Part shown: in pieces, positions 34,270 through 46,974 of the stretch
Layout: every line of letters begins with the position of its first letter
Numbering within the stretch: the stretch's first letter is position 1
NCBI RefSeq assembly: GCF_902713615.1
Contig: NW_024055654.1
Location: forward strand, 310,001 to 374,000
DNA from: Scyliorhinus canicula
Lineage: Eukaryota
Direction: 5' to 3'
DNA: 64,000 bases
Translations under genes and position numbers: made by a program
The notes under the pieces: generated by a model
The model's database searches: none
Seen by the model: the letters and a program-made list of their open reading frames with translations, nothing else
What the model was told of the DNA's origin: nothing

Positions 34270-35700
34270 CACAAAATGACCATAAGATATAGGAGCAGAA
34301 TTAGGTAATTCAGCCCATCAAGTCTGCTCTGCCATTCAGTCATGGCTTACATTTTTCTCATCCCCATTCTCCTGCCTCCTCCCCATAACCCCCGATCCCC
34401 TTATGAAGAAGAACCTGTCTATCTCTGACTTAAAGACACTCAGTGATTTAGCCTCCACAGCCTTCTGCGGCAAAGAGTACCACATAATAATAATCTTTAT
34501 TAGTGATACAAGTAGGCTTTCATTAACACTGCAGTGAAGTTACTGTGAAAATTCCCTAGTCGCCACACTCCGCCGCCTGTTCGGGTCCACTGAGGGAGAA
34601 TTAAGAATGTCCAATTCACCTAACAAACATGTCTTTAGGGACTTTCATTTCATTTTCATTTCATTTCATTTCATTTCATTGTGGAAGGAAATCGGAGCAC
34701 CCAGAAGAAACCCACGCAGACACAGGGAGAACGAGCAGACTCCACACAATCAGTGACCCAAGCCGGGAATCAATCCCGGGTCCCTAGCGCTGTGAAACAA
34801 CAGTGCTAACTATTGTGCTACCATGAGAGGGTGAGAAAGAGAGAGAGTGAGAAAAGAAAGAAATTCCTCCTCATATCAGTTTGAAAGGTTCGTCCCTTCA
34901 GTCAGAGGCTGTGCCCTCGGGTTCTAGTTTCTCCTACTGGTGGAAACATCCTCTCCACGTCCATTCTATCCAGGCCTCGCAGTATTCTCTAAGTTGCAAT
35001 GAGAATGGCATGGTGGCAGAGGGGTTAGCACTGCTGCCTCAAAGCGCCACAGGTTCAATTCCAGTTTTGGGTGGCTGTCTGTGACCTTTGCACTTTGTCC
35101 CAGTGTCTGCGTGGGTTTCCTCCGGGTGCTCCAGTGTCCTCCCATAGTCCAAAGATATGTAGGTTAGGTAGATTGGCCATGCTAAATTGTCCCTTAATAA
35201 TAATAATCTCTTATTGTCACAAGTAGGCTTCAATGAAGTTACTGTGAAATGTTAGGTGAAGTGGGGTTCGGGGGATAGGGTGGGGCATGGGCCTAGATAG
35301 GGTGCTCTTTCAGAGGGTCCATGAAGACTCAATGGGCTGAATGCCTCCTTCTGCACTTTTAAGATTCTATCCCCCTCTAATCCTTCTAAACTCCATCGAT
35401 CACAGACCCAGAGTCCTCAACTGCTCCTAATAGAAGTTCTTCATTCCATAACTTCATGGTTTCTGATGGAAATAGGAAGCATTACCTTGAGTATCTGTTC
35501 CTTTCTAATAAATAGTTAAATAAATCCCGGCTCTGGGTCACTGTCCGTGTGGAGTTTGCACATTCTCCCCATGTCTGCGTGGGTTTAACCCCCACAACTC
35601 AAAGACGTGCAGGTTAGGTGGACTGGCCACACTAAATAGCCCCTTAATTGGAAAAAAAATAATTGGGTACTCTAATTTTTAAAATAAATAAATAAATAGA
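34270..35700. mobile_element. Nest of CR1 3' end and SINE copies (34488-34825 minus with internal (TTTCA)n; 35008-35370 plus; 35526-35700 plus)
   Basis: Recognisable SINE cores and tails inside a minus-strand CR1 3' region. Confidence 0.7.
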
Positions 35701-35740
35701 TAGTGAAATAAATGATCAGAACCTCCAACCATGGAGATCT

Positions 35741-36135
35741 TCACCCTCCTGATCCGGGATCAGTAATCCATTCCGAGGAGACGGTTACTCCCAGCCCCGG
35801 ATATCACCATCCTCCTGATCCGGGATCAGTAATCCATTCCGAGGAGACTGTCACTTCCAGCCCCGGATATCACCATCCTCCTGATCCGGGATCAGTAATC
35901 CATTCCGAGGAGACTGTCATTTCCAGCCCCGGATATCACCATTCTCCCGATCCGGGATCAGTAATCCATTCCGAGGAGACTGTCACTTCCAGCCCCGGAT
36001 ATCACCATCCTCCTGATCTGGGATCAGTAATCCATTCCGAGGAGACTGTCACTTCCAGCCCCGGATATCACCATCCTCCTGATCTGGGATCAGTAATCCA
36101 TTCCGAGGAGATCGTCACCTCCAGCCCCGGAGATC
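35741..36135 (+). repeat. 66-bp tandem repeat, 6 copies
   Basis: Period 66 (gatccgggatc at 35751, 35817, 35883...); one frame reads (HPPDPGSVIHSEETVTSSPGYH)n. Confidence 0.92.
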
Positions 36136-36197
36136 AGCATTCAAACCAGCAGGAACTAGTATTCTCTCCAGTAACTTCTGAATTCTACCGCTTAACT

Positions 36198-37092
36198 TAA
36201 AGACACTTGTCCATTAATCCTGCTTGATTTAAAGATACATGTCCATTAATCCTGCTTGACGTAATCTTTGGGGTAGCTTCGGAGCCGGGAGTGCAGGAGG
36301 CGAGAGAGGCCGGCATTCTGGCCTTTGCGTCTCTAGTAGCCCGGCGCAGGATTCTGTTTCAGTGAAGGGATACGCGGCCCCTGAGTTCGGAGGCCTGGAT
36401 CAACGACATGGCCGGGTTCATCAAGTTGGAGAGGATGAAGTTTGCCCTGAGGGGGTCGGTACAGGGGTTCTTTCGGCGGTGGCAGCCCTTTCTCGACTTC
36501 CTGGTGAAGGGGTCGAGAGTGGTCGGTCTCAGCAGCAACTTTGGGGGGGGGTTTGGGGATGGTTAGGGGGGTTTTTTTTTTACGGCGGTGGGTTTGCTAT
36601 GTTGTTATTTTCTTCGGTCTTGTATTGCTGTTGGTTTTTTGTTATTATTTATTTTGTGGGGGTGAGTTATTTTCTTGTGTTGGTGTGGAAACACGCCTTG
36701 TTTGTTTTAAATTGTGGGGAGAAAATTTGTTATTGAAAAACTTGAATAAAAATTATTTTTAGAAAAAAATCCTGCTTGACGTAAAGATACATGTCCATTA
36801 ATCCTGCTTGATTTAAAGATACATGTCCATTAATCCTGCTTGACGTAAAGATACATGTCCATTAATCCTGCTTGATGTAAAGATACATGTCCATTAATCC
36901 TGCTTGATTTAAAGATACATGTCCATTAATCCTGCTTGACGTAACGATACATGTCCATTAATCCTGCTTGGCGTAAAGATACGTGTCCATTAATCCTGCT
37001 TGATTTAAAGATACGTGTCCATTAATCCTGCTTGACGTAAAGATATGTATCCATTAATCCTGCTTGATTTAAAATACATGTCCATTAATCAT
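36198..37092 (+). repeat. 32-bp minisatellite split by an L1-type insertion
   Basis: Unit taaagatacatgtccattaatcctgcttga(tt/cg); ~2 copies left and ~10 right of the insert. Confidence 0.92.
36265..36767 (+). mobile_element. 5'-truncated L1-clade LINE 3' end with 17-bp TSD
   Basis: ORF2 C-terminus AFASLVARRRIL...W...M..FIKLERMKFALRGS..GF...WQPFLDFL; T-rich 3'UTR, AATAAA, A-tail; TSD AATCCTGCTTGACGTAA at 36248-36264 and 36768-36784. Confidence 0.85.
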
Positions 37093-37447
37093 CCTTGGAT
37101 CAAAAATAATAACGACAAAATAAGAGATAGTGAAAATAAGGGAATAAACAGGAAGGAGCCTTACAACTGTTATGGGTCACATGTATTTTCTGCCAATTTA
37201 GCTGGTGTACCATATCTAACCTGTTGTTTTTCATAAACTCTTCAAAATTATCAATGACATGGACCCCCCTTTTTGGGTAAACTCTGACTCCCGGACTAAA
37301 ATCATAAGTTTCCAGCATTCATCATTAATCTTGTTGCCTCTAAATACAGTTGTAAAGGAGCCTTCTGTCTGTATCTAGGAGCTCTGAACCATGGAAGAGA
37401 GCGACTGTGGCGCGTTTCTTACACACCTCAGTATTAACCCACACATT

Positions 37448-38497
37448 TCAGTCCTGGATCTGATTGACAGCAGCAAAAACAGCCGAATCCAATCCCTGCA
37501 GACACTTATCAAGTCGCTGGTGTTTCAGCATAAGCTGTAAGTCAGTGAATCCATTCCCACACTCAGGGCAGATGAACAATCTCTCTCCAGTGTGAACTTG
37601 CTGGTGTTTCATTAGACTATTGCTGCTTCTAAAGCTGTGCTCACAGGCAAAACATTGAAGAGGTTTCATATCAGAATGAATTTGTTGGTGTTTCAGCAGG
37701 TTGTATGACTGTGTGAAGCCCTTCCCACACACAGAGCAGGTGAATGGTCTCTCCCCAGTGTGAATCCGCTGATGCATTACTAGACCGTTGCTGCTTTTAA
37801 AGCTCTGCTCACAGACAAAACATTTAAAAGGTTTTAGATCAGAGTGAATTTGTTGGTGTTTCAGTAGGTGATATGACTGAATGAATCCCTTCCCACACAC
37901 AGAGCAGGTAAACGGTCTCTCCCCAGTGTGAATTCGCTGATGTACAGTAAGTTCAGATGATCGCCTGAAGCCAGTCCCGCAGTGAGAGCACCTGAATGGT
38001 CTCTCGTCAGTGTGAACACGTTGATGACAGGTCACTTCCCCGGACGTTTTAAAGCACTTCCCACAGTCTGGACATTTAAAAGGTCTTTTATCAGTGTGAA
38101 CTCGCTGGTGTTTCTGCAGGTTTGATGTAGCAGTGAATCCCTTTCCACACAAGGAGCAGATGAATGGCTTCTCCTCACTGTGAATGTGTTGGTGTCTCAA
38201 CAGATACTTTTTGCTTTTAAATCTCTTCTCACATTCAGAACATTTGAAAGGTGTCTGTTCTGTGTGAACATACTGGTGTGTCAGCAGGCTGGATGACTGA
38301 GTGAATCCCTTCCCACAGGTGGAGCAGGTGAACGGCCTCTCCCCAGTGTGACTGCGTCGATGCATTTCCAGTTCAGAAGGGTAACTGAATCCCTTCCAAC
38401 AGTCCCCACATTTCCACGGTTTCTCCATGGTGCCGGTGTCCTTGTGTCTCTCCAGGTTGAATGACAAGTTGAACTCTTGTCCAGACACACAACACAT
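37448..38497 (-). CDS. C2H2 zinc-finger protein ZNF-3, 10 intact fingers plus 1 degenerate (alternative start MEKPWKC at 38428)
   Basis: 349-aa ORF; acceptor ttttacag| (exon begins 38782); tail LQGLDSAVFAAVNQIQD. Confidence 0.9.
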   Translation of the reverse strand: MCCVSGQEFNLSFNLERHKDTGTMEKPWKCGDCWKGFSYPSELEMHRRSHTGERPFTCSTCGKGFTQSSSLLTHQYVHTEQTPFKCSECEKRFKSKKYLLRHQHIHSEEKPFICSLCGKGFTATSNLQKHQRVHTDKRPFKCPDCGKCFKTSGEVTCHQRVHTDERPFRCSHCGTGFRRSSELTVHQRIHTGERPFTCSVCGKGFIQSYHLLKHQQIHSDLKPFKCFVCEQSFKSSNGLVMHQRIHTGERPFTCSVCGKGFTQSYNLLKHQQIHSDMKPLQCFACEHSFRSSNSLMKHQQVHTGERLFICPECGNGFTDLQLMLKHQRLDKCLQGLDSAVFAAVNQIQD

Positions 38498-39099
38498 GGA
38501 CGGTTTCTCCCCACAGTCAATGGTGTGATGGTTTTTCTGTCTATGTAACTGGTTAAAGCTCTTTCCACGGTCAGTTCATGGAACACTTAATGTGTGTGTG
38601 CGTCTCGGTGCTTTTCCAATCACACTGATGTTTAAAATCTTTTCCCACAAACTGAACAGACAAACATTACTCCTTCCACATTCAAAGACTGTGATATTCA
38701 GGTTCGAAAGAATTGAGTGACTCTGTCAGATCTCGATATTTGGTTTGAGTTTTCTGACAGCCAATCTTCCGCTTTGAACCCCCTGTAAAAGTAGTTTATA
38801 AAAGCCATCACCATCAGTCCAGGATATAAATTCTGAACAGGCAATTCTAGTTTCTCTGGAACATTTTTCCCTCTCTTGTTCCCCCAAAGCTGTAAATCCC
38901 CGTCCCACACACTCCCTGGGCTGAAATTCAAACCCATCTCACCATCTGCACCATTTCTTTCCTCCACTCCCAGTTTTCTCCCTCCCTCTCCTCTGCCTGG
39001 GTTCAGTTCTCCAGCTCCTGTTTGCAGACTGACAATAAAACCAATGGGTCTTATTGGGGGGTTTGGGGCCTCCACTCACCCGCCTGAATCCAGCTTCAT

Positions 39100-39480
39100 A
39101 TCCAGACTACGCATGCTCCAACTCACAATGGCTGGGGATTGACGGTGGCTACTGACCAATAGGAAGAGTGCAGTCCAGGAGTGGCTTTACCGGCCGCCAT
39201 CTTGGGAAAGGGAGGCGGTTCTTTTTTTCCTGGAGCGGAACGCTGGGGCGGCCATCTTAGTATGGGAAGAGGGAGTGCCCGGTGACAGGCCGCGGGGCAA
39301 CCGGCGACCGCCGCCATCTTTGGAATGGAAGACGGGTCTTTTGTTCGGGGAGCGGAGCGCTGGGGCGGCCATCTTAGTACAGGAAGACGGAGTGGGCGGG
39401 ACTTTCTCCCCGGTAACAGGCCCCGGGTCACCCGGCGGGCGCCGCCATCTTATGGCGGGATTTTCTATCCGGGTCTTCAG
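39100..39480. promoter_or_regulatory. CpG island with clustered YY1 motifs, putative bidirectional promoter of ZNF-3/ZNF-4
   Basis: GCCATCTT at ~39196, 39251, 39313, 39368, 39444; CCAAT ~39156; ACGCATGC ~39108. Confidence 0.7.
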
Positions 39481-39619
39481 TGAAGGACAATGAGCTGGAG
39501 CTGAGGTTGCAAAGTGTTCAGAGGAAGGTCTGGAATCAGAATTACAGCCAGATATCTGTAAGAACCACAAAGTTCACCTTCATTATGTTTGTCAAATGAA
39601 ATCATAATGCTGCAAACAC

Positions 39620-39745
39620 TCACTTCTGAAGAAGAATCAGATTGCATTGGAAATGTTAACTCTCTCTCTTCACAGAAGCTGCCAAACCTGCTGAGGATTT
39701 CCACAACTTTCTGTTTTCACTTCACATTTCCAGCTTCCGCAGGGC
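39620..39745 (+). mobile_element. Degenerate Penelope-like terminal repeat with decayed hammerhead core
   Basis: CTGAAGA (39626-39632)...GAAATGTTA; similar to the reverse complement of 27627-27727. Confidence 0.5.
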
Positions 39746-40087
39746 TTTACTCAAATTATTATTATGTTTTTGAAATGTTGTTACATAACCTGTTCAGAGT
39801 AAAATAATTGTCATTATTTAAATGTCCAAATCAGTGAGATTTAGTTGTTTAACTGAGACTGGGCTGTTCAGGAGCAATGTCAGAAATCACTTCATAGAAA
39901 ATATCGTGAAACCTGGAATACTATTCAGATTGTCAGTAGAAAGTTTAAAAACTGAGATTGATTTAAGTTTGTGAGACAAGATTATTAAGGGTTATTAAAT
40001 TAAGGTAGCCGGGTGGGCTGAACAGACACGTCAGACATCTGCACGCTGTATCTTAATGTCTGTGGTTGGACTGATTCTGGTTTTCTT

Positions 40088-40725
40088 TTAATAATCTTTA
40101 TTGTCACAAGTAGTCTTACATTTGCATTGCAATGAAGTTACTGTGAAAAGCCCCTAGTCACCACATTCCGATGCCTGTTCGGGTACACAGAAAAAGAATT
40201 CAGAATGTCCAAATCACCTAACAACACGTACATAGAACAGTACAGCACAGAACAGGCCCTTCGGCCCTCGATGTTGTGCCGAGCAATGATCACCCTACTC
40301 AAACCCACGTATCCACCCTATACCCGTAACCCAACAACCCCCCCCCCTTAACCTTACTTTTTAGGACACTACGGGCAATTTAGCATAGCCAATCCACCTA
40401 ACCCGCACATCTTTGGACTGTGGGAGGAAACCGGAGCACCCGGAGGAAACCCACGCACACACGGGGAGGACGTGCAGACTCCGCACAGACAGTGACCCAG
40501 CCGGGAACCGAACCTGGGACCCTGGAGCTGTGAAGCATTTATGCTAACCACCATGCTACTGTGCTGCCCCGTCTTTTGGGAGGAAACTGGAGCACCAAGC
40601 GGAAACCCACACAGACACGGAGAGAACGTGCAGATTCCACACAGTCAGTAGCCCAAGCCAGGAATCGAACCTGGGACCTCAGCACTGTGAAGAAACAGTG
40701 CTTACCGCTGTGCTACCGTGCCACC
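40088..40725 (-). mobile_element. SINE (ATT-tail) with a nested younger SINE (CR1-tail, 40230-40570)
   Basis: Older copy resumes after the insert. Confidence 0.8.
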
Positions 40726-41607
40726 CTTTAATTGGAAGAAAGGAAACCTCCCTGATCAGTCCTGACTTCCTATTTCATTGGCAGTCCCTTGGGACCGTGA
40801 TTAAGTTCTGAGGTGGCTCGGCAGGAAATTTACCCTGGAAACCGGCCGCCATCGGTTGTAGGGTGGACGCACGCAGACACGGAGAGAATGTTCAAACTCC
40901 ACATGGACAGCGACCCGGGGCCGGGAGCGAAACTGGGTCTTCGGTGGCTTGGAGCAGCAGTGCATCACCACTGCATCACCGTACTGCCCTGAGCTTGGGG
41001 AGTCTTGTCCAGCCAGCAGGGTACATGTGGGGTCATCTTAGTGAAGGGATGTTGGGTAGGTGGGCTTCAGGCCCCAGTGACCTGGAGAGAAAATGATGGA
41101 CTCATTGATTTTATTCTCAGTCTGCAAACAGAAGCTGGAGAAGTAAACCCAGTCAGAGAAGTGGGAGAGGGAAAACTGGGAGTGGAGGAAATAAACTTAA
41201 CTGCATTCTGCATTAGGAAGAGGGATGGGGAACAAAAATGTTCCACTGAAACTGGAATTTCTGTTTTGAATTTCTATCCAGGACTTAGAATAATGACATT
41301 TGTCAACTCCTTTTACAGGATATTAGAAGAGGATTCAAGATCTGACAGAGCTATTTGATGCATCACGTTTTTTATATGGAAGGAGAAATGTTTGTTCTGT
41401 CTGGGAAAAGATTTCAAACATCAGTGTGACTGGAAAAGCCCCGAGACACACACACCCGAGTGAGAGTGTTCCAGTAGGTGGACTGTGGAAAGAGTTTTAA
41501 CCAGTTGCCCAGCCTGAAAAATATTCACAGCGGGAGAAACATGTATTTTGTGTGGACAACGATTTAACTGATCTTTCAACCTGGAGAGACACAAGGACTC
41601 TGGCACC

Positions 41608-42450
41608 ATGGAGAAACGATGGAAATGTGCTGACTGTGGGAAGGGATTCAATTGGCCATCCAAGCTGGAAATTCATCGACGCAGTCACACTGGGATAAGG
41701 CCGTTCACCTGTTCCATGTGTGGGAAGGGATTCAGAGAGTCATCCAACCTGCTGCAACACCAGCGAGTTCACACTGACCTGAAACCTTTTAAATGCCCAG
41801 GCTGCGGGAAGTGTTATAAAAGTTCTGGGGACCTGATGTCCCATCAACGTGTTCACACTGACGAGAGACCATTCAAGTGCTCTCACTGCGGGACTGGGTT
41901 CAGGAAATCATCTGAACTGACTGTACACCACCGAATTCACACTGGGGAGAGGCCGTTCACCTGCTCCATGTGTGGGAAGGGCTTCATTAATTCATCCAAC
42001 CTGCTGAGACACCAGCGTATTCACTCCGATATGAGAACTTATAAATGTCCTGATTGTGAGGAGAGCTTTAAAAGCAGCGACAATCTGCTGAGACATCGAC
42101 GCACTCACAGTGGAAAGAGGCCATTCACCTGCTCCCTGTGTGGGAAGGAATTCACTCGATCAGCCGCATTGTTGACACACCAGCGAGTTCACAGTGGAGA
42201 GAGGCCGTTCTCGTGCTCTGTGTGTGGGAAGGGATTCACTTGTTCATCCCACCTGCTGAAACACCAACGCACTCACACTGGGGAGAGGCCGTTCACCTGC
42301 TCCGAGTGTGGGAAGAGATTCACTGCTTCATCCCACCTGCTGACACACCAACGCTCTCACACTGGGGAGAGACCGTTCACCTGCCCAGTGTGTGGGAAGG
42401 GATTCACTCAGTCGTCTAACCTGCTGACACATCAACGGGTTCACAGGTGA
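41608..42450 (+). CDS. C2H2 zinc-finger protein ZNF-4, 10 fingers
   Basis: 280-aa ORF, good Kozak (accATGg), acceptor ttttacag| at 41318. Confidence 0.92.
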   Translation: MEKRWKCADCGKGFNWPSKLEIHRRSHTGIRPFTCSMCGKGFRESSNLLQHQRVHTDLKPFKCPGCGKCYKSSGDLMSHQRVHTDERPFKCSHCGTGFRKSSELTVHHRIHTGERPFTCSMCGKGFINSSNLLRHQRIHSDMRTYKCPDCEESFKSSDNLLRHRRTHSGKRPFTCSLCGKEFTRSAALLTHQRVHSGERPFSCSVCGKGFTCSSHLLKHQRTHTGERPFTCSECGKRFTASSHLLTHQRSHTGERPFTCPVCGKGFTQSSNLLTHQRVHR

Positions 42451-42784
42451 CTGCAGAGATTGGATTCTTGTGTTATTGCTGCTGTAACCAGATTGAGGAC
42501 TGAATGTGTGGGTTAATCCTGAGGTATGTAAGAAATGTGTCCCAGCCGCTCTCTCTCTAGGGTTCAGAGCTCCTAGACACAGAACAGAAGCTCCTTTACC
42601 ACTGTGTTCAGAGTCAGGAAGGACATTGGAGAATGATGGAAACGTGCTGTCAGATCCGAGATTGGTGTAAAACTAGGACCTGTTCCTGACTGAAAGTGAT
42701 ACAGCAGCTTTAAGTTTATAGTCTGAAACTTTAACATCATAAAATGTCCCAAGCTGTTTCACAGGTTATTAAACGTTTGATCAG

Positions 42785-43410
42785 GTGGCATGTAGCGCAA
42801 TGGCTTGCACTGGGACTACGGCACTGAGGAGCTGGGTTTGAATCCCAGCCCTGGGTCACTGTTCGTGTGGAGTTTGCACATTCTCCCTGTGTCTGCGTGG
42901 GTCTCACCCCCACAACCCAAAGATGTGCAGGTTAGGTGGATTGGCCACGCTAAATTGTCCCTTCTGGTTGCCTTCTGAGGAAAGGTTGGAGAAGTTAGGT
43001 TTATATCTACTGGTGTTTAGAAGAGTAAATGGTGAATTGGGCGATCCTTTCAGATCCTGAGGGGTTTTACAAGGTGGGTGTGGAGAGGATGTTTCTTGTC
43101 GGAGAATCTAGAACTCGGTGTCACTATTTAAAACAAAGGAGTCTCTCAATAAAGACGGAGCTGAGGAGATTTTATTTCTCTCCGTGGGTTGAGAGTCTCT
43201 GGAACCCTCGTCTTCAAAAGACATTAAAGCAGAATCTTTGAATATCTTTAAGATAGAGTTAGATATGTTCTTGATCAACGTGGAGATGAAAGGTTATCCA
43301 GGTGTGGGCAGGAATGTGGGGTTGAAGTTACAATTAGATCAGTCGTTATCTTATTGAATGGCGGAGCAGACCCGAGGGGCCGAGTGGCCCATTCCTGCTC
43401 CTATTTCATA
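42785..43410 (+). mobile_element. SINE fragment followed by a degraded CR1-like 3' end
   Basis: V-core; CR1 3' motifs and tail ggccgagtggcccattcctgctcctat. Confidence 0.65.
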
Positions 43411-43659
43411 TGTTTGAAGAATTGGAGGCTGTCGGAGTTTCCAGAGACCGTGTCATGGAGAGAGTGGCTGCCTCCATGGAGTCCTCAAGCCCCATGTTTA
43501 CCCTGTCTGCCGACGATGACAGGCCCGGGGCAACGGGGTTCACCGGCCACCATCCTGTGATGGGAGTCAGGACTGATCATGAGGCAGGGCTTCCTCCCCA
43601 GTGACAGGCCCAGGTTACCCAGCCAACCAGCGGCCATCTTGGCAGGAAGTAGTTTGCAT

Positions 43660-43925
43660 GAGTGGCCACACCTTTGTGAGGAAAGAGGGAGTGGCCACAC
43701 CTTTGTGAGGAAAGAGGGAGTGGCCACACCTTTGTGAGGAAAGAGGGAGTGGCCACACCTTTGTGAGGAAAGAGGGAGTGGCCACACCTTTGTGAGGAAA
43801 GAGGGAGTGGCCACACCTTTGTGAGGAAAGAGGGAGTGGCCACACCTTTGTGAGGAAAGAGGAAGTGGCCACACCTTTGAGGAAAGAGGGAGTGGGCGGG
43901 GCTTTGTGAGGAAAGAGGGAGTGGG
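43660..43925 (+). repeat. 29-bp minisatellite (~9 copies)
   Basis: Unit gagtggccacacctttgtgaggaaagagg. Confidence 0.92.
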
Positions 43926-44392
43926 AGGGGCTTCAGGAACACACTGGTCTGAGCAGCATTTTAAAACAGAATTTACTTCCCCAGAGAGGAGGGAAGACTG
44001 GGTCACTGGCTGAGTTAGTAACTCTGAGATTTGATCCACTGGGCAGTCATAGGTTATGGGGACGGGGAGAGAAGTGGAATGAAGGGCAGAATCAGATCAG
44101 CCATGAGGGGCTGAATGGCCCATGCTGTTGCCGTTTCATATGACCTTATAAAGCTGGCACTGTTCAGCGAGCAGGGCAAGTGTGTGACCATCTTGGTGAG
44201 GGAACAGACTGAGTGGAACTTCAACAACCCAGTGACCAGCGGAGAAAATGATTGAAGGAGAGTTTGGGAGACGGAGTTAAACCTTTGGGGAACCAAGAGA
44301 GGGGAAAAAAATACCCAACAGAAACGAGAATTGTCTGCTCTGAATTTCTGCCCTTTACTGACAGTGGGAACTTCTGTAAACTCCTTTTACAG

Positions 44393-45063
<671 letters not shown>

Positions 45064-45374
45064 CTGCGGTGTTGGGGTTCTGCTGTTAATCACGTCCAGG
45101 ATTGACAGTCTGACAATATTTACTTTCTTCCTTCTAATGTGAACTGACTGGTGTTTAATATTCCAGATATATCGCTGCTTTTTGTAATAACAGTGTCCAT
45201 TTTAAAAGCATCGTCTGTGATCTTATCCCTCAATTCAAGAACTTCCAAAGGAACCGGTGGACAATAAAATTATAAATTTTTCCTCCACTCCTATATTGGT
45301 CTTTTATATAAACTCTACAATTCAGTGTCTGAACGCTTCCTCTGATTAACATCTTCAATTAGAAAATGCTGTGG

Positions 45375-45665
45375 ACACGGTAGCACAGTGGTTAGCACAG
45401 TTGCTTCACAGCGCCAGGGACCCAGGTTCAGTTCCTGGCTTGGGTTACTGTCTGTACATTCTCCCATGTCTGCGTGGGTTTCTTCCGGGTTCTCCAGTTT
45501 CCTCCCACAAGTCCTAAAAGACGTGCAGGTTAGGTAAATTGGACATCCTGAATTTTCGCTCTGTACTCAAACAGGCGCCGAAATATGGCGACTAGGGGCT
45601 TTTCACAATAACTTCATTGCAGTGTTAATGTAAGCCTACTTGTGAGAATAAAAGATTATTTTATT
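45375..45665 (+). mobile_element. SINE, (ATT)n tail variant
   Basis: Head, core and tail present. Confidence 0.8.
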
Positions 45666-46195
45666 TTAAAATATTTTCCTTTAAAAGTTCATTGATGAAA
45701 CAGAACATGTTTCAAAAAAACTAACAGAAAATTACTTGAGGATGAAAAACAATCAGAGTAACAGGATGTTTACAATGTTCTGGGTCCCAAATGGTTTCCC
45801 TTCAGCTCCTCTGTACCCTGTTCCTGTGACTCCCCGCTATGGACACGGGGGCACTGAACCCTGGGGGTCACATCACCATCAGCCCTGGTCACCCTTCCAG
45901 CCCCGAACCCTGATTGGCTGGAGGTCCAGTTCCCAGTCAGGCCTCCAGCACCTTCCTGTCTCTATTAGCGACGCCCATGGCAGTTTCCCAACTGGGGCAC
46001 AGGCCCCGTTATTCTCAGCTAAATTCAGCCCTCAGCTCCATCACCTGGCTGTCACTGACACGGGAAACAGAGACAGAAAGGTGCCCGAGGCTCAAATGGG
46101 AAGACAAAACCTGTGGATTAGGATCTCCATAAAGGTCAGCAACTTCTTAGAAAAAAAAATCAAATTCTAAGTGAGCACAAAGAGACTTCAAGTTT

Positions 46196-46433
46196 TTTTT
46201 TTTTTTTTTTTATTATAAATTTAGAGTACCCAATTCATTTTTTCCAATTAAGGGGCAATTTAGTGTGGTCAATCCACCTACCTGCACATCTTTGGGTTGT
46301 GGGGGCGAAACCCACGCAAACACGGGGAGAATGTGCAAACTCCACACGGACAGTGACCCAGAGCCGCGATCGAACCTGGGACCTCGGCGCCGTGAGGCAG
46401 CAGGGCTAACCCACTGCGCCACCGTGCTGCCCT
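46196..46433 (-). mobile_element. SINE, poly(A) tail, 14-bp TSD
   Basis: TSD GAGACTTCAAGTTT at 46182-46195 and 46434-46447. Confidence 0.88.
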
Positions 46434-46597
46434 GAGACTTCAAGTTTCATGATGTTTAATGCAACAAACAAACTAGAAGCTACTTTAACTCGGAAACCTA
46501 CACAGTAAACTATAAAATAGAACTTTGCCCAATACACAATCTAAAATCACACGCCACGATTACAGTTCACTGTCCTGGAAGTCAAAACTTAATTGTC

Positions 46598-46835
46598 AGG
46601 GCAGCACGGTGGCCTAGTGGTTAGCACAACCGCCTCACGGCGCTGAGGTCCCAGGTTCGATCCCGGCTCTGGGTCACTGTCTGTGTGGAGTTTGCACATT
46701 CTCCCCGTGTCTGCGTGGGTTTCGCCCCCACAACCCAAAAATGTGCAGAGTAGGTGGATTGGCCATGTTAAATTGCCCCTTAATTAGAAAAAATAATTGG
46801 CTAATCTAAATTTATAAAAAATAAAAAAAAAATAA
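46598..46835 (+). mobile_element. SINE, poly(A) tail, 14-bp TSD
   Basis: TSD AAAACTTAATTGTC at 46584-46597 and 46836-46849. Confidence 0.88.
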
Positions 46836-46974
46836 AAAACTTAATTGTCTCAGAACCTGTTCAAAGTGATGATTCATTCCCAAGGATTTACTCCCATTGT
46901 TTTCACAGTCTGGCAGCCTTTAATCCCAGAATTGACTTTCAGTGAAAGATTAGCCAGCTGCCAGAAAACCGAGA

